A DNA stretch of 64,000 nucleotides from Planctomycetota bacterium (GTDB taxonomy: Bacteria > Planctomycetota > UBA1135 > UBA2386): NCBI GenBank assembly GCA_965228735.1, contig OZ245838.1, positions 5,248,001 to 5,312,000 on the forward strand, given 5' to 3'. The notes under the pieces were generated by a model. That model had not been told where the DNA came from. It did no database searches and saw nothing but the letters and a program-made list of their open reading frames with translations. The position numbers were made by a program, and so were the translations under genes. Below are positions 9,269 to 18,273 of the stretch, in pieces; positions within the stretch are counted from its first letter, which is position 1; each line of letters begins with the position of its first letter.

Positions 9269-9347
9269 TGTTGTCGAGGGGCTCTTCTGTGCGAGGCTCG
9301 GTGCTGGCCCGGGTCCTTCACGGGTGGGGCCAGCCCGGCGCGCAGGC

Positions 9348-11003
9348 TCACTGCCGCACGTACTGGCCCTTCGATCGATGCGGTCGCAACGGCCAGTCGT
9401 CGCTGCGGAACGGGTACGCCGGCAGTTCCTTGCCGTTCATCAACGAGCCGAGCGGCAGGTTCGACCACGCGTAGCGCACCGCGACCGGCTTCGGTACTTC
9501 GTCGCAGAACACCTCGACCATCGTCTTGTCGACGATGCGCGCGTCGGCGACGTGGAACTCGCGGTCTTCGCCGGCGAGGTAGAAGCCGAGGGCCCGGTCC
9601 TTGTCGAGTCGGAGCCCCTTGGCAGTCGGCTCCTCGAAGCGGACCCGCATGCGCCCGTTGTCCGTGACATCGATGCCGCCGTAGACCGGTCCGCGCCAGC
9701 GCAGCGGCTTCTTGTCGTGGCCCTGTTTGCCGTAGACCTCGGCGAGCGCCCAGCGCGCGGACCGTTCGCCGACGGGGCGTTTGTGGCCGGGGTGGATGTT
9801 GCCGTCGGAGTTGAGGTCGAACGTGACGATCAGGCCGGTGTTCGGCTTGCGGCGCCACGTGTCGAACTGGACCTCACGCACCACGTTGGTGTGGTGGTTC
9901 ATGTCGTAGGTCATCGTGCGACGGTTGCTCCAGCCGCCGATCTGGATCAGGCCCATCGGCAGGTCGTCGTCCGCGAAGAGCTCGCGCCAGGCGTCGACCA
10001 CCGCGGGGAACGTATCGGGGAACGGCCGATACATGTCGTCGAACGCGTTGTTCTCGCCCTGGTAGTAGAGCGCACCGCGCACGACGAGGCCGGCGAGCGG
10101 CGCGAGCATGCCGTCGTAGCCGCCGCCCGGGTGACGCTTGTGGCTCGGGTTCTCGAACGCCCGGCGGTTCGGGCGCCGCGGCTCCTTCTTGCCCGCGGCG
10201 TTGGCAGCTTCTTTCGCCTTCGTCCACTCCGCCATCGCCGCGTCGTAGCGTCGATCGGCGCCTTCCTGGCCGCCGCCCTCCATCCACTCGGCCATCGCCT
10301 TCTCGAAGCTCTCGAACATCGGCGCCACGCTCGGCATCTGCCGCAGCGTCGGCTTCGGCACCCAGAACTGTGCCGACGTGCCGCCCCACGCCACGTCGAT
10401 GATGCCGACCGGCACCTGGAGATGCCGCCGCAGTCGCTGCGCGAAGTAGTAGCCGACGCCAGTGCAGTCGACGACCGAGTCCGGGTCGATCGCGCGCCAG
10501 CTCTTGCCCTTGCCGCCGTGCTCGGGGCGCACGTAGTCGCGCCGCGGCGCACCGCGCGCTTCGTTCGGCAACCGCACGAAGCGGAGCAGCGGGTCGTTCG
10601 CGCACGCGATCTCGAGATCGGCGTCGCGCGTGCCGCGCACCGTCCACCGCATGTTGCTCTGGCCGCCGCAGATCCAGACCTCGCCGACGAGGACGTCGTC
10701 GAGGGTGAAGGTTCGTTCGCCGAGCGCCAGCGTGAGCGCGCGCCCCTCCGCGTTTGCCGGCATCGGGTCGAGCGTGACGGACCAACGGCCGTCGTCGTCG
10801 ACCTCGGCGCGGTGCTCCTGCTCGGCGAAGCGGACGATCGCCGGCTGGCCGCCGAGGCCGAAGCCCCACACCCGCACCGGACGCTGCTGCTGCAGCACCA
10901 TGTGACTGTCGAACACGCGGGCAAAGCCGGGTTCTTGTGCGACGGCCGGGGTCGCAGCGAGGGCGAGCGGCCAGGCGAGCATGGCGAAGGCGAGGTGACG
11001 CAT
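9348..11003 (-). CDS. Sialate O-acetylesterase family protein
   Basis: Signal peptide, FDSHMVLQQ, VGEVWICGGQSNM, AWGGT, YYQGENN, IHPGHK and VRYAW. Confidence 0.92.
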   Translation of the reverse strand: MRHLAFAMLAWPLALAATPAVAQEPGFARVFDSHMVLQQQRPVRVWGFGLGGQPAIVRFAEQEHRAEVDDDGRWSVTLDPMPANAEGRALTLALGERTFTLDDVLVGEVWICGGQSNMRWTVRGTRDADLEIACANDPLLRFVRLPNEARGAPRRDYVRPEHGGKGKSWRAIDPDSVVDCTGVGYYFAQRLRRHLQVPVGIIDVAWGGTSAQFWVPKPTLRQMPSVAPMFESFEKAMAEWMEGGGQEGADRRYDAAMAEWTKAKEAANAAGKKEPRRPNRRAFENPSHKRHPGGGYDGMLAPLAGLVVRGALYYQGENNAFDDMYRPFPDTFPAVVDAWRELFADDDLPMGLIQIGGWSNRRTMTYDMNHHTNVVREVQFDTWRRKPNTGLIVTFDLNSDGNIHPGHKRPVGERSARWALAEVYGKQGHDKKPLRWRGPVYGGIDVTDNGRMRVRFEEPTAKGLRLDKDRALGFYLAGEDREFHVADARIVDKTMVEVFCDEVPKPVAVRYAWSNLPLGSLMNGKELPAYPFRSDDWPLRPHRSKGQYVRQ

Positions 11004-11107
11004 GGCCGCGCAGCTTACGGACGGCAGGGCCGAATCGGGCACCTCGGTAGAGCGCCCGCATCGAGGGGCCGATTCGACCGTGGCTTTCGTGTCCGCCAGT
11101 TCGCCGG

Positions 11108-11431
11108 TTCTGCGCCTCACGGGGGGGGGCTGCCAACGTCGACCCGCTGCCGAGCATCACGCGCGACGAACTCGCCGAGTGGCAGGCCGCGGACCGCGAC
11201 TTCGTCCTGCTCGACGTGCGCGCCCGGCACGAACGGATCGCGGGTTCACTCGACGACGACGTGCTCCAGATCCCGATCGACGAGCTCGAGGACGAGGTCG
11301 ACGACCTCGATCCCGACCGGTGCTACGTCGTGCAGTGCGTCTCGGGGCTCTACTCCCGACAGGCCGTCCGCGAGCTGACCGACGCCGGGGTCCACGAGGT
11401 CTACAACCTCGCCGGCGGCGTCGGGCGGTGA
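11108..11431 (+). pseudogene. Rhodanese-like domain without a proper start codon (possible MoeZ/MoeB C-terminal remnant)
   Basis: Frame reads FC...LPSITRDELAEW...FVLLDVR...IPIDEL...VVQCVSGLYS...VYNLAGG. There is no ATG/GTG/TTG between the upstream TAG (11048) and the start of the domain. G9 tract at 11121-11129. Confidence 0.6.
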
Positions 11432-11816
11432 GGACACGATCGCCAGCTGCCAACGCGCGGGCCTTTCCCGTATCGTGCCCTGCATGAGTGGATACCAGCC
11501 GCAGGCCCGCGACACGACGTTCGCCGTGGACGAACTGGTCTTCGACGGGTTCCGCCGAATGAGCCCAGCGGAGCGCCTCGAACTCGCGGCGGCCGCGAGC
11601 CGCTCGGTCGAGCGGCTCGCGATCGCTGGATTGCGCCGGCGATTCCCTGAGGCTTCGGATGACGAGCTGCGACGTCGAGCCGGGGCCCTGCGACTCGGGC
11701 CAGATCTCACGCGTCGAGCGTTCGGCGAGGCCGCGGAGGCCTGGCTCGAGTGAGCGCGACGGGTTTGCGGGTGCGGGTTGACGAGTTCTACAGCCTCGCC
11801 CGCGGCGTCGGGCGGT
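11388..11816 (+). repeat. 42-bp imperfect direct repeat (11388-11429 and 11775-11816) flanking one small gene
   Basis: gggtccacgaggtctacaacctcgccggcggcgtcgggcggt versus gggttgacgagttctacagcctcgcccgcggcgtcgggcggt: 37 of 42 identical. Confidence 0.8.
11484..11753 (+). CDS. Small helical protein resembling the partner/antitoxin-like genes found upstream of nucleotidyltransferases
   Basis: DT...RRMSPAERLELA...AGLRRRFPEASDDELRRR...LG pattern; 89 aa. Confidence 0.65.
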   Translation: MSGYQPQARDTTFAVDELVFDGFRRMSPAERLELAAAASRSVERLAIAGLRRRFPEASDDELRRRAGALRLGPDLTRRAFGEAAEAWLE

Positions 11817-11860
11817 AGTCCGGACTGGAATGCTTGCGCCTTCGCGCGACGATCCGGCGC

Positions 11861-12277
11861 ATGGACCTGCCGGATCGTTTGCTGCGGCACCCAACGGCGG
11901 CGGCGATCGACAGCCTCGCCCGTCGCTTCAAACTGCCGAGCACTCCCACGATGCAGGACTGGGAGTACCAGGTCGCGGACTCTGAGCGGATCGATGAGTT
12001 CTGGGCGGCCTACACCAGCGGCGAGCTGTCGGATGACGAACTGTTCGTCCTCATGGAGACGTTGATCGAGAGCTTCAACCTGCTCCCGGATGATCCCGAA
12101 CGCGATGCCCGATGGCCGAATGTCCTGGCGGCGTTGGATCGCGGTATCCATCGCCACTTCTGCACGGTTTGGTACTGGTCCTGTGTCGGCGAGGATGACT
12201 CTGGCAACTGGTTTCGGACCACGCGGAGCATCCGCGAGGTCCTGGCTCGACATCGTGATGGTTTCGTGGACGCCTGA
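11861..12277 (+). CDS. Conserved hypothetical protein (possible orphan immunity-type protein)
   Basis: 138 aa, Trp- and acid-rich, MQDWEYQVAD...LSDDELFVLME...WYWSC; looks slightly less GC-rich than its neighbours. Confidence 0.6.
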   Translation: MDLPDRLLRHPTAAAIDSLARRFKLPSTPTMQDWEYQVADSERIDEFWAAYTSGELSDDELFVLMETLIESFNLLPDDPERDARWPNVLAALDRGIHRHFCTVWYWSCVGEDDSGNWFRTTRSIREVLARHRDGFVDA

Positions 12278-12539
12278 GATGGCTCGGCCGGCTGCCGGGC
12301 GCTGAGGTTGCCGCCTGCTGCCGGAGTCAGCGAGAACGGCGTTCGTCTAGCGTGAGGACGGCGATCCGGAGAAGCATCGGGAGACCTTCGACGGGAGAGC
12401 CGTGGAGCTGGCCACGTTTCCGGCGTTCGTGACCGAGAGTTCGCTGGCGAGTGGGCCCGGCCTGGACTACGACAGCCGGCCGCTTCCGATCTGCGGGCCG
12501 GCCCTCGCCGCCCGGCCGGGGGCCGAGCAGGATCCCACG

Positions 12540-12719
12540 ATGAAGGACCGTTTCGAACGCCATCGCCAGCCCTGGACGCCCGCCGAGATTCAGAAGCTCC
12601 ATCAGCTCGTCGAGAAGGGCATGAGTCTGAAGGCGATCAGCAAGTCGATGACGCGCAGTGAGGAGTCGATCAAGGCGAGAGCGAAGATCGACAAGTTGAA
12701 GATCGCGAAGAAGCGCTGA
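12540..12719 (+). CDS. Small basic HTH/Myb-like protein
   Basis: 59 aa, Lys-rich, PWTPAEIQKLHQLVEKGMSLKAISKSMTRSEESIKARA; codon usage typical of the window. Confidence 0.7.
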   Translation: MKDRFERHRQPWTPAEIQKLHQLVEKGMSLKAISKSMTRSEESIKARAKIDKLKIAKKR

Positions 12720-12742
12720 CCTCGGCGACTGCCGACGCCGCT

Positions 12743-15700
12743 GTGGCTCACATCCGGCTCGAGAACGTCCGCACGCACAACCTCGACGATGTCACGGTCG
12801 AGGTGCCGCACGGTGCGCTGACGGTCGTCACCGGGGTGTCGGGCAGCGGCAAGTCGTCGCTCGCGTTCGACACGCTGCACGCCGTCGCTGAGCGGCGCTA
12901 CTTCGAGACGCTGTCGAGCCACGGGCGGCGCTTCCTGCAGCGGGTGCCCGAACCGGAGGTCGGCCGGGTCGATCGGGTCTCGCCGTCCATCGCGCTGTCG
13001 CAACGGGTCGGGTCCTCCGATCCGCGGTCGACCGTCGGCACGCTGTCCGGCGTGCACGATCTGCTGCGGGTCGTCTACGCCGAGGCGACGGGGCGCGAAC
13101 CCCGCGACTTCTCGTTCGTGACCGCGGGGGCGTGCCCCGGGTGCAACGGCTCCGGCAGTCGCGACGAGGTCGCGCGTGAGCTGCTGATCGCCGATCCGGC
13201 GAAGACGCTGCGCGCCGGGGCGCTCGTGCCGACGACGAAGTCGGGCTACATCGTCTACAGCCAGGTCACGATCGACGTGCTCGATGACGTGTGCCGCGCG
13301 CACGGCTTCGACGTCGACACGCCGTGGCAGGAGTTGACGCGCGAGCAGCAGGACGTCGTGTTCTTCGGTTCGGATCGCCGCGAGGTGCCGTTCGGCAAGC
13401 ACACGCTCGAGTCGCGGATGCGGTGGGAGGGCATCAAGGCCAAGCCGCGCGAACTCGGCCACTACAAGGGCCTGATCCCGACGATCGCGGAGACCCTGAA
13501 GCGCAACCGCAACGAGAATGCGCTGCGCTTCGCGCGGTCGGTGCCGTGCCCTGCGTGCGGCGGTTGTCGGCTCGACGAACGGGCGCGAACGGCGACGGTC
13601 GACGGGCTTGCGCTCCAGGAGTTGCTGACGGGCGAACTCCGCGACATCGCGGATTGGGCCGAGCGCCGCGGCGGCGCGTTGGTCCGTCGCGTCGATGCGA
13701 TGCTGCGCCTCGGTCTCGGTTACCTGCCGCTCGCACGCGCGACCCCGTCGCTGTCGGGCGGCGAGTTCCAGCGCGTTCGGCTCGCGGCGATCGCGACGAC
13801 CGGGATGACGGGTGTGCTGTTCGTGTTCGACGAACCGTCGGTCGGGCTGCATGCGACGGAGGAACGCGCGGTGCTCGAGCTGCTCGCCGCGCTTCGCGAC
13901 GAAGGCAACACGGTCGTCGTCGTCGAACACAGCGAGCTCGCGGTCGCGGCCGCCGATCACGTGATCCAGGTCGGGCCCGGCGCTGGCGTGCACGGTGGGC
14001 GGATCGTCGCTGCCGGGCCGCCCGCCGAGGTCGCGCCGGTCGTGGCGCGCGCGCCGATGCGACGGCGACTCGCGGTCGAGCCGGACGCGAACACGCTCGT
14101 CGTCGAGGGGGCGTGCGCCCGCAACCTGCGTGACATCGACGTGTCGATCCCGCACGGCCGACTGACGGTGATCGCGGGCGTCGCGGGCGCGGGCAAGTCG
14201 ACGTTCCTCCACGACGTGCTCGCCGATCTCGTGCGGCGGCGCCTCGCCGGCGCGCCCGTCGGCGAGGCGCCGCCGGCGCGCGCCATTCGCGGCTTCGAGC
14301 ACCTGCGGCAGGTGATCGAGGTGGATCAATCGCCGATCGGCCGGTCGCCGCGCAGCAACCCGGCGACCTATACCGGGCTGTTCGACGTGATCCGCCGGCT
14401 GTTCGCGGCCGAGGCGGCGGCGAAGGAGCGCGGTTTCGACGCGTCGACGTTCTCGTTCAACTCCAAGGCCGGCGGCCGCTGTCCCGAGTGCGAGGGGGCC
14501 GGCTTCGAGGTCGTCGGCATGCACGGCCTGCCCGACGTCGAGCTCGCGTGCGCTGTCTGCGCGGGGCGGCGGTTTCGCGACGACGTGCTCGAGGTGCGTT
14601 GCGGCTCGTTGCCGTCGGCGCCGACGATTCTTGAGGTGCTCGACGCGACGATCGACACCGCGCTCGGCTGGGTGCGCGAAGCGATCGGCAGTGGCGGCGA
14701 CCCGAAGTTGAAGAAGGCGTTGTCGGTCCTCGAGGCGCTCGAACGCGTCGGGCTCGGGTACCTGACCCTGGGACAACGCGCGACTTCGTTGTCCGGTGGC
14801 GAAGCGCAGCGCGTGCGGCTCGCCGGCGAGATCGCGAAGACCGCGCGGAGTCAGCGCGCGTTGTTCGTGCTCGACGAGCCGACGGTCGGGCTGCATCGCG
14901 ACGACGTGGCGCGGCTCGTCGTGGCCCTCGACACGCTGGTGCAGGCGGGCCACACGGTGGTCGTCGTCGAGCACGACCTCGACGTGCTCGACGCTGCGGA
15001 TCACGTGATCGAGCTCGGGCCCGAGGCCGGGAGCCGCGGCGGGAGGCTGTGCGCGGTCGGCACGGCGGACGACATCGTTCGCGCGGATACGCCGACAGGT
15101 CGGGCCCTTCGAGAACGGGGCGCCGGGCTCGATCGGTCGTCGAGGGTCGGTGACGGGAGCGCCGGTGCGGCGCGCGCGACGACGCTCACGGGGGTCGCCA
15201 CCAACAACCTCGCGGGCTTCGACGTCACCTTTCCTGCGCGAGCGTGGACGGTCGTCACCGGCGTGTCGGGCAGCGGCAAGAGCTCGCTCGTCTACGACAC
15301 GCTGCACGGCGCGTCGCGCGCACGGTTTGCGGAGCACCTGTCACGGCATGCACGGCAGCAGCTCGGCAGCTCGTTGTCGCCGTGGCTCGCTACCGCGGTG
15401 CAAGGCCTGCGGCCGACGATCGCGCTCGAGCAGCGCGCGGGCCCGGCGGTTGCGGACCGGCGCGCGACCGTCGCGACCTCGGCCGGTCTGCACCCGCTCC
15501 TGCGCACGTTGTGGTCCCGCGTCGTCGCCGGGGACGACGGCCGCGCGGTGCCGGCAGCGACGTTCTCGTTCTTTCGCCGCGAAGGCGCGTGCGCGGGCTG
15601 CAGCGGTGCGGGCACGACGTTGCGGTGCGTGCCGGATCGCCTCATCGCCGATCCGACGAAGCCGCTGTTTCGCGGCGCGCTCGACCGTTCGCACAAGTCG

Positions 15701-17653
15701 ATCCGCTACTACGCGGACGAGAACGGGCGTTACCACGCGATCGTGCGGTCGATCGGCGCGCGGCACGGCGTCGACTTCGATCGGCCGTGGAACGAGGTCC
15801 CGGCAGCCGGGCGCATGCTCGCGATGCGCGGCTGCGGCGACGCGGAGCTCGATGTCGTCTGGGACCACGCAGTTGCGGGCGAGGACGGCGGCGATCAGCC
15901 ACATCGCTGGACCCAGACGTTCGACGGTCTCGCTGGCGAGATCGATCGTGAGTACGCGCGCAAGGTCGCGGATGGTCGGGGGCACACGCTCGAGTCGTTG
16001 CTCGGCCCCGAGCCTTGTCCGGTGTGCAACGGCGACCGGCTCGCGGAGCCCGGCCGGTCGATCGCGATCGGTGGCGTGACGTTGCCCACGCTGTGCCGGT
16101 CGACGATCGCGGAGGTCGCGGACCGGCTCGACGCCCTCGTGCCCGCCGATCATCCGCGGCGCGCGCTCGCCGACGTCGTGCTGCCGGAGCTGCGGCGCGG
16201 TCTCGAGCGGCTCGCGGGGCTCGGGCTCGGGCACCTCGCGCTCGATCGCGCGACGGACTCGCTGTCGGTCGGCGAACGGCAGCGACTGCGCCTTGCGCGC
16301 CAGCTGGCGGCGCCGCTCCACGGCGTCACCTACGTGCTCGACGAACCGTCGACCGGACTGCATCCGAAGGACACGGCGATCCTGATCGAAGCGCTGCGCG
16401 ACCTCGTGCGTTCGGGCAACCATGTGGTGACCGTCGAACACGATCCGGACGTCGTCGCGGCGGCCGATCACGTCATCGAGATCGGGCCGGATGCGGGCGC
16501 TGGTGGCGGTCAGCTCGTCGCGGCGGGCTCGCCTGAGCAGCTGCGCCGCGAGCCCGACGCGTCGCGAACGGGCCGGGTCCTGGCTTCGCGAACGCGACTC
16601 GTTCCGAAGGGCGCGGAGACCGCGGTGCGGAGCGCGAACGGGCGATTGACGGTGCGCGGTGCCGATCTGCGCTACCTCGACGGCCTCGATGTCACGATTC
16701 CGCTCGGTGCCGTTACGGCGGTCGCGGGGGTCTCGGGCAGCGGCAAGTCGACGTTCGTTCTCGAGGTCCTCGCGGCGTCGCTGCGCGCCGGCCGCCCGAT
16801 CGGGTGTAGCGCGATCGAGGGTGCGGATCCGATCGACCGCGTCGTGGTCGATACGGGCGCCCGCTCCGCGCGATCGCGGCGCCAGTGCCCGGCGGCGCTG
16901 CTCGGCGTTCTCGAGCCGATCCGCCAGGTGTTCGCGGCGACCGCCGCGGCGCGGACGAAGCGTTGGCGCGCGACCTGGTTCGGTTGGGACGGCAAGACGA
17001 CGGGGGCGTGCAAGGAATGCGGCGGTCTCGGGCGCGTCGCCACCGGCTTCGGTGGGCTCGACCTGCTCGGGGGTGCCACGCTCGTGCCGTGCGAGGCGTG
17101 CGGTGGCCGGCGGTTCGAGGCCGAGACGCTCGCGGTCCGCGCGTTCGGCGGTCTGTCGATCGCCGACGTGCTGGCGATGTCGATCGACGGGTTCCGCGCG
17201 CACCTCGCCGCCACGACCGAGCCGTCCGCGGCGATCACCGCGCCGCTCGAGACCGCGGCGCGGGTCGGGCTCGGCTATCTGCGTCTCGGCCAGGGCGCCG
17301 ACACCTTGTCGGGCGGCGAGGCGCAACGGCTCGAACTCGCGACCCACCTCGATGGCGACAGCTCTTCGACGACGCTCTACGTGCTGGACGAACCGACCCG
17401 CGGTCTGCACCCGGACGACGTGGAGCAGCTGCTGGACGTGATCGACGGCCTCGCCGATCGTGGCCATACGGTCGTCGTGATCGAGCACGACCTCGCCGTC
17501 ATCGCGGCCGCCGATCACGTGATCGAGCTCGGGCCGGGTGCCGGGCCCGACGGTGGGCGTGTGCAGTTCGTGGGTCCGCCGGCCGAGCTCGCCGCGGCGG
17601 GAACGGTCACAGGGGTCGAGCTCCGTCGCGGCGTGGGCGCCGAGAATCCCTGA
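12743..17653 (+). CDS. uvrA: Double-length UvrA-family ABC ATPase (two fused UvrA units)
   Basis: 1636 aa. Four Walker A motifs (GVSGSGKS three times, GVAGAGKS once), signatures LSGGE three times and LSVGE once, four DEP[ST]xGLH motifs, multiple CxxC Zn fingers, and RSPRSNPATY. Confidence 0.93.
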   Translation: MAHIRLENVRTHNLDDVTVEVPHGALTVVTGVSGSGKSSLAFDTLHAVAERRYFETLSSHGRRFLQRVPEPEVGRVDRVSPSIALSQRVGSSDPRSTVGTLSGVHDLLRVVYAEATGREPRDFSFVTAGACPGCNGSGSRDEVARELLIADPAKTLRAGALVPTTKSGYIVYSQVTIDVLDDVCRAHGFDVDTPWQELTREQQDVVFFGSDRREVPFGKHTLESRMRWEGIKAKPRELGHYKGLIPTIAETLKRNRNENALRFARSVPCPACGGCRLDERARTATVDGLALQELLTGELRDIADWAERRGGALVRRVDAMLRLGLGYLPLARATPSLSGGEFQRVRLAAIATTGMTGVLFVFDEPSVGLHATEERAVLELLAALRDEGNTVVVVEHSELAVAAADHVIQVGPGAGVHGGRIVAAGPPAEVAPVVARAPMRRRLAVEPDANTLVVEGACARNLRDIDVSIPHGRLTVIAGVAGAGKSTFLHDVLADLVRRRLAGAPVGEAPPARAIRGFEHLRQVIEVDQSPIGRSPRSNPATYTGLFDVIRRLFAAEAAAKERGFDASTFSFNSKAGGRCPECEGAGFEVVGMHGLPDVELACAVCAGRRFRDDVLEVRCGSLPSAPTILEVLDATIDTALGWVREAIGSGGDPKLKKALSVLEALERVGLGYLTLGQRATSLSGGEAQRVRLAGEIAKTARSQRALFVLDEPTVGLHRDDVARLVVALDTLVQAGHTVVVVEHDLDVLDAADHVIELGPEAGSRGGRLCAVGTADDIVRADTPTGRALRERGAGLDRSSRVGDGSAGAARATTLTGVATNNLAGFDVTFPARAWTVVTGVSGSGKSSLVYDTLHGASRARFAEHLSRHARQQLGSSLSPWLATAVQGLRPTIALEQRAGPAVADRRATVATSAGLHPLLRTLWSRVVAGDDGRAVPAATFSFFRREGACAGCSGAGTTLRCVPDRLIADPTKPLFRGALDRSHKSIRYYADENGRYHAIVRSIGARHGVDFDRPWNEVPAAGRMLAMRGCGDAELDVVWDHAVAGEDGGDQPHRWTQTFDGLAGEIDREYARKVADGRGHTLESLLGPEPCPVCNGDRLAEPGRSIAIGGVTLPTLCRSTIAEVADRLDALVPADHPRRALADVVLPELRRGLERLAGLGLGHLALDRATDSLSVGERQRLRLARQLAAPLHGVTYVLDEPSTGLHPKDTAILIEALRDLVRSGNHVVTVEHDPDVVAAADHVIEIGPDAGAGGGQLVAAGSPEQLRREPDASRTGRVLASRTRLVPKGAETAVRSANGRLTVRGADLRYLDGLDVTIPLGAVTAVAGVSGSGKSTFVLEVLAASLRAGRPIGCSAIEGADPIDRVVVDTGARSARSRRQCPAALLGVLEPIRQVFAATAAARTKRWRATWFGWDGKTTGACKECGGLGRVATGFGGLDLLGGATLVPCEACGGRRFEAETLAVRAFGGLSIADVLAMSIDGFRAHLAATTEPSAAITAPLETAARVGLGYLRLGQGADTLSGGEAQRLELATHLDGDSSSTTLYVLDEPTRGLHPDDVEQLLDVIDGLADRGHTVVVIEHDLAVIAAADHVIELGPGAGPDGGRVQFVGPPAELAAAGTVTGVELRRGVGAENP

Positions 17654-17658
17654 ACGGT

Positions 17659-17685
17659 TGTCACACGGCTCGCGTCACCCTCGTC
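17659..17685 (+). promoter_or_regulatory. ECF41-type promoter (-35 TGTCACA, 16-nt spacer, -10 CGTC)
   Basis: TGTCACA-cggctcgcgtcaccct-CGTC matches the ECF41 consensus, 60 bp upstream of the AhpD-like/ECF41 operon. Confidence 0.85.
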
Positions 17686-17745
17686 GTTCCTGTGCTGGCC
17701 CACGAGCCAGCGACCCGAGTGAGTCAGCGACCCCCGGAGACGACA

Positions 17746-18273
17746 ATGCCCGATACCACGAGCGAACGGACCGCGATCCAGGCCTTCGGCCGCCAGTACG
17801 ACTACGATGTGAGCTACCTCGAGCGGATGCTCGACGGCTCGCCCGGCGCCTACGACGCCTTCGTCGCGGGCCAGCCGATGTGCCTGTTCCGCAGCGAACT
17901 GCCGCTCGATGCGCACTTCATCGCCCGCATCGCGGCGATGCAGGGGGAGGACTGCGGCGCGTGTGCGCAGCTCAACGTGGCGATGGCGATCGAGGCCGGT
18001 GTCGATCGCGAGCTGTTGCGCACGCTGCTCGAACGGCCGGCGGAGCTGCCGGGTCCCCTGCAGGACGTCTACCGCCACACCCGCGCCGTCGCCGGCAACG
18101 TGGCGGTCGACCCCGAGCGGGCGGAGCGGATCCGCGCGGAGTTCGGGGATGCCGCGTTCACGGAGCTCGCGGTCGTGATCGCCGGCTCGCGGATCTACCC
18201 GACGGCGAAGCGGGCGCTGCTCATGGACGGCGCGTGCGTCGTCTCCAGCGCTATCCTCGACGGCGATCGATGA
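17746..18273 (+). CDS. AhpD/carboxymuconolactone decarboxylase-like protein
   Basis: GGAGA RBS, YDYDVSY and EDCGAC (CxxC) motif; stop overlaps the ATG of the sigma factor. Confidence 0.8.
   Translation: MPDTTSERTAIQAFGRQYDYDVSYLERMLDGSPGAYDAFVAGQPMCLFRSELPLDAHFIARIAAMQGEDCGACAQLNVAMAIEAGVDRELLRTLLERPAELPGPLQDVYRHTRAVAGNVAVDPERAERIRAEFGDAAFTELAVVIAGSRIYPTAKRALLMDGACVVSSAILDGDR

Noticed and set aside
11429..11431. TGA at the rhodanese end as selenocysteine
   Set aside because: The position corresponds to Trp rather than a catalytic Cys, and I saw no convincing SECIS-like hairpin.
11388..11816. 42-bp repeat pair as a diversity-generating retroelement TR/VR
   Set aside because: No reverse transcriptase nearby, the repeat is too short, and the five mismatches are not adenine-specific.
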